Of a stretch of 64,000 nucleotides of DNA, positions 48,293 to 64,000 are shown piece after piece. The notes under the pieces were generated by a model, which made no database searches, was not told the origin of the DNA, and was given only the letters and a program-made list of their open reading frames with translations. The stretch is taken from NCBI GenBank assembly GCA_043228905.1, contig JBHGNT010000015.1, forward strand, positions 17,980,001 through 18,044,000, in the 5' to 3' direction. The position numbers were made by a program, and so were the translations under genes. Within the stretch, counting starts at the first letter, position 1. Each line of letters opens with the position of its first letter. The stretch is from Azolla caroliniana. Taxonomy: Eukaryota > Plantae > Polypodiophyta.

Positions 48293-49520
48293 CACGTAAA
48301 TGCTACAATGGGGTTATACAATGGGCTTTGTCAGAAATGTAATGAAAACATAGCAGCACAATGAGAAATGAATATAAGGTATGTGTTTGTTCAAAGACTT
48401 TCCCCTGAAGAATTAGGTAGCATAATTTGAATTGTCGATAGGTAAGCGAATGCAAGGTGATGGAAAACAAAGGTAAATTCAGTGAGATGTATTGTCTAAA
48501 TGTACCCAAGTGTGGAGATTATAAACCACTCTAGAGAGAGATTGTAATCCCATCTAGAGAGGGAGTATTATTATAGAGATGTATGCGTCTCTTTAATGAG
48601 ATTTTCTCTCAATCACGACTCTCAAATGACCTTTTTTAGAGGAGAAAGAGAGCAAGAAGAAATATTGTGATCTTCATCTTGAATCTCTTAATATTTTTAT
48701 TTGAAAGAAAGCAAACTAGAAAGAGATAGGTTTTATTAGAGAGAGAGAGAGAGCAATGAAGACATGGTTGAGATAGTTATGGCAATGATTATTAGATCAT
48801 CAAATTGATACTTGATATTGTGCATAGATCAGGGGAAGTGGTATATGTGATGAAAGAAAAAGGTGTTAATGTGAGGATTTGAATGTATGATCCCAAGTTG
48901 ATAGCTCAAATAGTTTCTCAACAAGGCGAGTTCATAGCAATAAAAAGATAAAAAAATTGATATGCATTGCTCGTATTCGATGTTTAAAACATACCCTTCT
49001 TGGTGCATATCCTAATAGTGCAAAGTACAAAATTTGACATCAAAGGAAGTGTAGATTTATTGGTCAATGGTACACCAAATTCTCGACATCAATGTCCATT
49101 ATGACAACCTTATTTGTCGATGCAACAATGTTGAACCATATGTGAGAACATATAAGTGGTGGGTCATATGTGCATTAAAACCCACCAACTCTTGTCATAA
49201 GTGTGTACCCACCTTCTCGTATGCATATATGTGTAGGGAGAAACAACCATCACATTCAATGATATGATATTGTGATATTCCACTTAATTGTTAATATGAG
49301 TTCTTTTTCAAACCACAAGGTTGTATTAATTATATGTAGAAACCACCATTACAATCTTGTTGCTCTCCATACAAAGGTAGAGGAACATTTCCAAGTGTTC
49401 CCACTCAAGGAAACAATCCCCACAATAATTATATTAATTGTTCTCTCTCTTTAGCTTAAGTTCTATTTTATTTTTATTTTCGATGAATGGGTAAATACTC
49501 TCTCTCTCTCTTTTCTTTTC

Positions 49521-49676
49521 TTTTTCGTAATTAGCTAACACTACAAGCATCGTGTCTTGGGTTCAAACCCAATTTCCTCACCTCTCTATTATATACTTCA
49601 TATATATCTCTATTTCACTAGATGCCACTGTGGAATGTAGGGGTTGAACCCATGACCACTTGGTCTCCATTGGGCA
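49521..49676 (-). mobile_element. Putative SINE copy 2
   Basis: Reverse complement reads GCCCAATGGAGACCAAGTGGTCATGGGTTCAACCCCTAC...TACGAAAAA. (TC)n on both sides. Confidence 0.6.
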
Positions 49677-49917
49677 ACCTTACCAATTGATCTACATCCA
49701 TATGGGCTCTCTCTTTCTCTCTCTCTCCCAATCAAAGTCTCTAAATGAATACCTTTGCTACAAGTGGCAATTTAGGATGACAACTACATTTAAAGATTTG
49801 CCATCATCCATGATCAAAGTTGTGATGTATTTTCCATTTTTTTTTGGCATTCGATGATAGCCATCAAAGAGACTCAACATAGCAATGATACAAAATATTA
49901 GTAGTCACTTGCAAATG

Positions 49918-50090
49918 AGGGGTCCATGGGGTCCCCTCCCTTATGTATATGGACCACTGTGTTCATGGTCTATGGTGGTGGAAAACCCTCCACGAGGGCA
50001 TGGTTAAAGAGTAGCGTGAGAAAAGGAATTGGGCACTCTCAAGAATATATGATATGCTCAACTCACAATCTTATGTGATCCATGTGCTTT
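49918..50090 (-). mobile_element. Short RTEX-like RT fragment
   Basis: Similar to 16787-16960 (GGTCCATGGGGTCCCC...GGTGGAAAACCCTCC). Confidence 0.7.
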
Positions 50091-50339
50091 CAATTCAATC
50101 CCCTCTTTCCTTTTGAGGTCAAAGAGATGGTAGATATAGTTGAGTGTTGGTCCCAATGAATTTTGAATTTTGTTGAGTGTTGGTTTTCATTTGGAGTGTT
50201 TTGCCGTTGGGATTAACTATAAAGCAACATGGAATAGTAAAGATAATTGCTTCCTTTGCATTGTTCGGGTGAAAGATAATATACACACATAGAGGAATAG
50301 ACATGGATTGAATGGTGTGTATGAGGTAAGACATTGTTT

Positions 50340-51158
50340 TTACAAGTGACTACTAATATTTTGTATCATTGCTCCGTTGAGTTCGTTGACTATCATCAAA
50401 GGACAAAGAAAAATGGAAATACATAACTTTGATCATGGATGATGGTAGATCTTAAATGTAGTTGGCATTCTAAATTGCCACTTGTAGCAAAGGTCTTCAT
50501 TTGGAGAGTTTTGATTGGGGGTTTGCCTTTGGGATTATCTATAAAGTGAAGTGGATTAACAACGAGCAATTGCTTCTTTTGCATTGTTCAAACGGAAGAT
50601 AATCCTCATCGTTTCGTACAATGTCACATTTAGAGTTATATTCCTCAAAATTGGCAAGTTTTATCATTGTGTTATTTGACGCAAAGACAGTGAGTGTTCG
50701 CACAAATTGCACAAGTTGACCCAAAATCAGATATGGAGATCGTTTCCTATTTATGAGGTATTGAGGATTGCATCATAGTTGGGATATGCACAATGTTTTT
50801 GTATTTGACGGCAAGCAATTGCACAATTCGCACAAGTTGACTCAAAATCAAAGTTGGAGATTGTTTCCTATTTCTATGATATTGGGGATTGTGTCATAAT
50901 TAGGAATTGCGGAGTGCTTTTGTATTTGATGATAGGCAATGGAATTGAAGCATATCTACAAATTTTGAAAAGAGTACTAATGTGACAATATTTTTTTACT
51001 AGAGTGTTGGTCTTATTGCCTACTAGCAATTCAAAATGTTCCACTACCCATGCAGTTAGAAGTTAGTGGGCGACCATATTCACTCCATAGTATTGTGACA
51101 CCCATTATAAGTAGGCAATGTTTTCCACACACATTTTTTAATATAATTGTGTGTTTTG

Positions 51159-51160
<2 letters not shown>
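50340..51160 (+). mobile_element. L1-clade LINE 3' fragment (paralog of 52380-53080)
   Basis: Shares CATTCTAAATTGCCACTTGTAGCAAAGGTC and the downstream 3' UTR with the next copy. Confidence 0.8.
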
Positions 51161-51200
<40 letters not shown>

Positions 51201-51419
51201 TTGAGGGAGCTTGCGTAGTATAGAGTGATGACTTGTGAGTCTCTACACAGTGACGATTTATGAGTCTCCACACAAATGTGTGTCTGTGTGAGAGAGGGAG
51301 AGGGAGAGGTCTGAGGGAGCTTGCATAGTACAAAGTGACGATTCATGACTCTCCAAACAAATGTGCGTGTGTGTGAGATAGAGGGAGGGAGGGAGGGAGG
51401 GAGAGGGAGGCTAGTCTCA

Positions 51420-53083
51420 TATCAAGTACTGAAAGGGATTTTGAATGTTTTGGATGGCAAGGATCCGTGGTGAAGAAAGGCTCTATTTTTCAACACTTGG
51501 GCTATCCATTAGGAATGAATGTTACAAATGGTCAATTGATTGAATGGATGTCTAGTAAGTTGAGGGATAAGTTCACGTATTGGAAGTCACAATCTTGGCC
51601 ATTTCATGTATGCTTGAAGATTGTACAATGGATTATGGAACCCACGACATTATATTACTTGCCATTATTCCCATGGACAAAGAAGGCTTTGCATTTTGTT
51701 TTGCAACCTCTTTGTTATTTGTTGTGGAAGAAGCGGGATAAGATGGGAATCACTTGGGTTGCGTGGGATCATCTAGTGACTCTTAAACTCTTGGGGGGAG
51801 CTCGAATATTGAACTTATCTATGCATATGATGGCTTGTAGAATTTCATTATTACAAGACATGTGCTCAAACTCACAACTGTGGATATCTATTTTTCAATG
51901 TTTCATTGAGAACAAGGGTTTAACACATGGGAGGACAACGATTAAGGCTTCATGGTGACAATTACTAAATGAATGTATTTCACTTAGGATTTCGGGCTCT
52001 TCATGTGTTCAACACTTGGTTACTTCATGACAAGAAGCACTATTGTTATGTGTATGGAAACCATCATCTAGCAGAGAGCATTGTAATTCTTTGCAAAAAG
52101 AGTTACTTATGTCTTCTCGGTTATTATGTTGGCCATGAAAGGAGAGACTATGCTCTCAAATTAATTGTTTGGGGATCAAAGAGGTGGGAGATATAGTCGA
52201 GGCTCCATCTCAATGAATTTTGGAATTTGTCGAAGCCCGACAATTATTGGGCATCCTGCCTAATTATGGATTTATTTGGCAACAACTACAAAATATTGCA
52301 TTGATGCAAGGTCCCTTAATTCTACAAATAGGAGAACAATTGTGGATTGATTGGTGTTTACAGGGTCAAACGTTGTTGTTACAAGTGACCGCTAATCTTT
52401 TGTATCATTGCTATGTTGAGTCTCTTGGGTGGCTATCATCTAAGGCTGAAGAAGAATGGAAAATACACAAATCTGATCATGGGTGGTGGCAGATCTTACA
52501 ATGTCGTTGGCATTCTAAATTGCCACTTGTAGCAAAGGTCTTTATTTGGAGAGTTTTGATTGGAGGATTGCCTTTGGGATTAGCTCTAAAGCGTCATTGA
52601 CGACCAATGGGTAATTGTTTTTTTTGCACAGTTCAAATGGAAGGTAGTACTCATCGATTTATACAATATCTGATTGATTGTCACATTTGGAGTTACATTT
52701 CTCAAATTTGGCAAGTTTTATCTAGATAGTGGGTGGTTGCACAATTTACATAGGTTGAGCCAAAATCAGAGATGGAGATCGTTTTTCTATTTCTAAGATA
52801 TTAGGGATTGTGTCATAATTGGAACACGTGCAACGCTTTTGTATTCAATGGTAGACACGGAGTGAAAGCATATCTACGAAAGTTGAAGGGAGTACTAATG
52901 TGACAAATTTATTTATTGGAGCAAGTGGAAATTCTTTCCTCAGTGGAGTGTTCGTCTTGCCTATTGGCAATTCAACATGTTCCACTACCCATATAGTGTA
53001 GTTCGTGGGTGACCATACTCCGTTGTAAGTAGTGTTTTTTACACACATTTATTAATATAATTGTGCATTTTCACCCAAAAAAG
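51420..53083 (+). mobile_element. 5'-truncated L1-clade LINE (post-RT region, zf-RVT, 3' UTR)
   Basis: HLGYPLG...W...VAW..L...K.LGG..I and KVFIWR...GLP...CFFC...E..THRF. Short A tail at ~53077. Confidence 0.85.
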
Positions 53084-53787
53084 AGAGAGAGATGTAGTAC
53101 ATAGTACAAGACAACGACCTCCTGTTGCATGCAGCCTACACGCCTTCAGCCTTCAGGTAAGATTCACATATGGTCGGTATTATAGAACAAGAATGTTCAT
53201 AATCAATTAGCATTCATAAATACTATTTCCTACCAAAATTTTCCAAGCAGTATATTGTTATTAAGAGTCCCAACTTTCCAAAGTGTGAAAGTTTTAGCAA
53301 GCGAGGTGGTCAAATTTTGTTAAGATTACCAACTTCTAAGTTTGAAAACTTGTAAAAGTTGAATTAGAGGATAAAGGGGTCATGTTTTTAAGGAAGGGAT
53401 GCTTTAATCTTAATCTTCTTTTTCCAACAATTGGGTTAATATAATACATTTTTTATGCTAAAAATATGCGTATGTATATATCTTTTGTAACTGATACCTT
53501 TCCTAATAACATGAAAAATGTTCATTCTAAACTTGTGACATAAATGATGCGCTACAAATTCCTGTCTCTCTCCTGTCTCTCTCTCTCTCTCTCTACCTCC
53601 CTTAGCTACCAATGCATAAGTCACGTAACAAATTGTTGTTTTGTCCCAAACCAATTCACAAACCGGTTTAGGGATTAGTTTGGTTTGGTTTGGTTCAAGT
53701 TTGAGAACCCCTAAACGGTTTAGGCTTAACCGGTTTGGCTTGGATAAGGCAAAACTGGCTAAGCCTAAACTGAACTGTTGCCAATCC

Positions 53788-53829
<42 letters not shown>

Positions 53830-53830
<1 letters not shown>

Positions 53831-54073
53831 GCCCAATGGAGACCAAGTGGTCAACCCCTACATTCTACAGTGGCATCTATTGAAATAAGATATATTTATA
53901 GAGTAATAGAGAGGTGAGAAAGTTGGGTTTCGAACACAAGATGTAGTGCTAATTCAATAAGAGATATCTATGGAATAATAGAGAGGTGAGAAAGTTGGGT
54001 TTCCGACACAAGATGTAGTGCTAATAGTGTAAATGACTTACCACTAAGGTAAGCTGATCACGATAAAAAAAAA
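53830..54073 (+). mobile_element. Putative SINE copy 3
   Basis: GCCCAATGGAGACCAAGTGG head immediately after (GA)n, same body, ends CGATAAAAAAAAA. B-box partly deleted. Confidence 0.6.
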
Positions 54074-54164
54074 CAAAGAGAGTCTCGCCTCCTTAACCCC
54101 TCCCCATTTCTAGGTACCATGTGGCTTTGCTTAGAGAGAGAGAAAACAAAAGCTCCCCGCATAA

Positions 54165-54779
54165 TACGTAATATACTCGAATGCATTGGCAAACATTCTT
54201 TTTTTTCATACGAATGAACACGCATGCGTGTTTTTAACACTTTTTACCTTATAATAAATAATGAATTCAAAAGTACCATATGCGAATGATGGAAGCATTC
54301 ACGAATGAGAAATGCACGTATGGTTCAGTATGGTAAACACCCTCGAAGTATGTATGGTAAATACCATAGTTTTCTATTCATTACTTATTATACGGTAAAT
54401 TATTATAAGGTAAGAAATTTAAAGTAAAATTCATGTTCGTCTAGCATTACATTCGTTTTCCTACGTTGGAAACGAATGCGAATGCTATTAAAACATTCGT
54501 CAGTTTTTTTTTTTTGTTTTTCCCCCATTTAAAATTTTTTTAGGCTTATTTACCTCATAATAAATAGTTAATCGAAAAGTATGGTATTGATCATTCTTTT
54601 AAAGTGTTTTTCATACGCGAATGTGTGAAACATTCGCGAATGATAAATACACGTATGGTTACTATGGTAAAAAGTGTAAAGAAAAAGAAAAACATAAAGA
54701 ATGTTTTGATAAAGTACGCATTCGTTTACATTCGTATGAGAAGAGGTGGTTTGGCAAATGCATTCGAGTATATTACGTA
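54165..54779. mobile_element. MITE-like element with terminal inverted repeats (possibly Tc1/mariner-pogo type, TA target)
   Basis: Perfect 23-bp IR TACGTAATATACTCGAATGCATT (54165-54187 / 54757-54779), extending imperfectly to ~75 bp. Internal CGAATG/CATTCG motifs. Confidence 0.75.
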
Positions 54780-54824
54780 CGTATGGTTCATACTGTACAT
54801 ATATGTACATAGCCTTCCCATAGC

Positions 54825-54852
54825 TTTCCCGCCAAAACGTATTTTCCCGCCA
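54825..54852 (+). promoter_or_regulatory. Two tandem E2F binding sites (TTTCCCGCC) in the MCM7 promoter
   Basis: TTTCCCGC at 54825-54832 and 54843-54850, ~120-140 bp upstream of the MCM7 ATG. MCM genes are established E2F targets. Confidence 0.85.
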
Positions 54853-54967
54853 AAAAGAGGAAATCGCGCCTGCTCCTGGTCTCCCCCTGCTTTCTCCACA
54901 CACACACAGACAGTACTACACACAGATACAGACAGAGAAACGCAGACGCAGCGAGCTCTCCATCGCC

Positions 54968-61152
<6,185 letters not shown>

Positions 61153-61734
61153 GGGTTGGATTTGATGATGATAAAATCGATGGCGATGATGGGCTTTTAT
61201 GAAAAATGATTTCCAGGATAAATCTCACTCACTCTCACTCTCTTCACAGTTGGTTTTTATGAGGAATCTCTCTTTCTCTCTTTGCAAAAGAATGTTCATG
61301 CTGTATTTGTTTCAAGCAAATTCCTTCAAACAGTTATTCCTTCAAACTGGACTGGAGATGGACGTTTCCTTGGTTTGCATGTGAGAAAGATATTTAAATG
61401 CCCCCCTCTGTTTCTTCTTCATTGTTGAGTAGACAGGGATCAGGTTGCTCTACAAAAAATTGACTGATAGCTTGAGGGATGCGATGCTATCTTTGTAATT
61501 CTATGAAAGAAGTAAAAATGTTATATGAGAATCCGTTTGAAAAATGATAAGAGATTCCGAAGCTTGCAATGTCCTCTAGGGTACGAGGTCTCCGCATAAT
61601 AACCGATTGTACCCATAACATATTTTTGGTGGCCAAGTTAATGGTTCTTTTTTTGGAAAGATGTGGAATGCAGTGAAACCAATTTAGGATGCTTTTCACT
61701 TTTGCAAGTGATATTTGTACCAACCAGTAACAAA

Positions 61735-61913
61735 ACTACATTAGAAATCCGCTTGTTTATGATACATACGAAATCAATCAAATTTTCTTTACAGGTTTTT
61801 TCGTCGACAGGTTTAATGGTAGTACTACATTAGAAATCTGCTTGATTATGATACATAAGAAATCAATCAAAATTTCTTTACAGGTTTTTTTCGTCGACAG
61901 GTTTAATGGTAGT
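61735..61913. repeat. 89-bp tandem duplication
   Basis: ACTACATTAGAAATC...GTTTAATGGTAGT twice (61735-61823 and 61824-61913). Confidence 0.92.
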
Positions 61914-62826
61914 GTGTAAATTTAGAGCTTTCTAAAATGGTGGCGACACATTAAGAAAACAATACAAAACATTTCCATAGGTTTGGGGAAACTCTAGAAT
62001 TTTATAATAGGATTTTAAAATTTCTGACGCTTTAGACTCTAAAGGAGAAAACTATGAGACCCATCAATTGATTTTTTTTTGTGTGATGAGGTTTTCCTAC
62101 ATAGTTTTACCCTTATTGTACCAATACCCTTGCATTATTATCATTACGTTAAGGTAGTGGTATCAATTTGGGTTCGGGAAAGTGATTTATAAAGCCAAGC
62201 AACTCTGTTATATTCATACAAGAGCTAACCATAATGTTGCTGAAGACTTTAACATACACATAACCATACGTTTATGACATCTTTAAAGATTTTATGAGTA
62301 CTAAAATTATAGGCAGGTTGGTTGCCTGATATTAAGTGTCTTTTCTTTCATATTATGCTTTAGCATGTAATATCAACTTCTTAGATTGTAGCATGAGGAT
62401 ATGGAAGATGCAAACATGTTTTTGGACACATCAGATTTCGTATTTGGTCTTTGTAGACATGCACCTATTACACATCCATGTGGCCAAGCTGTTCTATTAG
62501 AATATAATCTTGTCCCTAACTATTGTATAGATTTGACATTGTAATTTCATTTGTTTTGATCAAGACTATTGTTTTTACTTCATGTCATGAAGCTATGAAG
62601 TAAAAACAAGGTTTATCTTGTTCATAATTCAAACAAATAAATAGTTATGACAAATTCACAAACACTTGGTAATAAAACATGCAAATATGATAATGTATAT
62701 AATTCTAATTGAAGGTATTTGTAAAGACATTGTGCATCTATCTAAAACTTTGCATCCATGCTATTTTCACAAGGATGATAGTGATAAGATTTTACTCATG
62801 TTCAAAGAAAGACTATGAGCATGTGG

Positions 62827-63369
62827 TTATACATGGACTTCTAATTCCTTCATAATGAGGCGCGAAGGAGGAGGATCAACAAAATCAGAGTTGTAGAGGA
62901 CATGGACAAGGACAAGGGTGGTGATGAACATGGGGACAGAACCAAATATCCAGAAAAGAAGTGGGAAAGATGCATAGAAGCTTCGAGCACCCATTGTATA
63001 GAATATGGTGGAGCGCTCTAGGAGACTAGCTATATACTCAGGTGTGAGAGCTCCACTTCCACCATCTGGAAGTATGGGGACATTTATCATGTAGTTGACA
63101 TAGTTAATGTATCGAATGGATTGAGTGTGACAAAGGAATGATGCCATCAAGCTTGCTATTAGTGTTACTGCCTTGACTGTGCCACATACACTACCACTAA
63201 TTCCATGTACTTGATTTCTAACAGGTGATAGTTGTTTGATGGTGTTTGCAAATGTCAAGTAAGTGGCTAGAGCTGCTGTTAGTAGCACTGCGGTAGTTGC
63301 CATTAGTGTCGCCTCCATGATTGAGTTCCGTAGTGTTTGTACTGCTAATACATTCTTCTTATGGTTCTC
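62827..63369 (-). CDS. DUF599 family membrane protein, last exon (5' exon presumably beyond the window)
   Basis: Acceptor AG at 63370-63371, then ENHKKNVLAVQTLRNSIMEATLMATT...SFLCHTQSIRY...GARSFYASFPLLFWIFG, typical of plant DUF599. Confidence 0.85.
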   Translation of the reverse strand, partial: ENHKKNVLAVQTLRNSIMEATLMATTAVLLTAALATYLTFANTIKQLSPVRNQVHGISGSVCGTVKAVTLIASLMASFLCHTQSIRYINYVNYMINVPILPDGGSGALTPEYIASLLERSTIFYTMGARSFYASFPLLFWIFGSVPMFITTLVLVHVLYNSDFVDPPPSRLIMKELEVHV

Positions 63370-64000
63370 CTATGTTTGTCAAAGAAAAATGTACATCATT
63401 ATATATCTTAAAATTAAAATTGATGGTTAGGGGAATAAACTTTGCCCTTAAACAAGATAGAATATTTTGTTATGCTACTTGTTAGGCCTACCAAAAGAAA
63501 ACACGTCGACTTGACCTGTCAATGTGGATGGTAGCAAGGATGGATAAACATTAAATGCTTCAAGAGTAAACATGCATTAAGAGTGTTAGTTAAATGCTAA
63601 TGTTATGATGATGTGCAATTGTTTGACATTAAGCATCATGTTGTCCGAAAAGCAGGCACATGTCCCAATATGAACCCTAGTGTCCATTACATGATGGGTT
63701 ATGCATGACAACAGATACCCTAGTTATGTTGAAATATACCCTAGGTTCAATGTTTATGGAGTTGTTGCATTTAAGCTCAAATCCTTGTTCTTGAATATTT
63801 CACTAACCCAAAATCAACAAAATTTGGAATCTTCACATCTACTTGTTTTGAACTCTTTTATTTTATTTCTAGAACCAACTAAAATGTATTGAAATTTTCG
63901 TGACATATAGAAACATTGAGACAAATTGCAATGCCATGAATTCACACATGAAGAGGATATATTTTATTGGTGTATATGTGATACTATGTATGATACGTTT

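Noticed and set aside
53640-53790. AACC/GGTT-rich segment ending TGCCAATCCCTG as a hAT MITE
   Set aside because: Only one candidate terminus is visible; no partner TIR or 8-bp TSD.

Overview
Eukaryotic, intron-rich land-plant DNA. The TE families suggest a non-seed plant such as a fern, but that is inference. The left ~26.7 kb is a nest of retroelements: two near-identical Tto1/Tnt1-like Ty1/copia copies in opposite orientation (one complete, with apparently identical LTRs and a TAAAG TSD), an internally deleted Ty3/gypsy element with a tRNA-Trp PBS and 4-bp TSD, a near full-length RTEX-like LINE, and L1 and gypsy fragments. Buried in this nest and missed as a unit by the ORF track is a decayed, spliced gene (~3015-11412). 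It encodes a ParB/Srx-like domain fused to a bacterial/phage-type beta-class N6-adenine/N4-cytosine DNA methyltransferase, and the gypsy element sits inside the Asp codon of its catalytic D-I-P-Y motif. The right part holds ordinary host genes: XTH, TOM1-like VHS/GAT, a DHHC S-acyltransferase, MCM7 with tandem E2F sites, and the 3' exon of a DUF599 gene. It also holds a putative (GA)n-associated tRNA-derived SINE family and a TA-flanked MITE. All calls were made by eye, without database searches.
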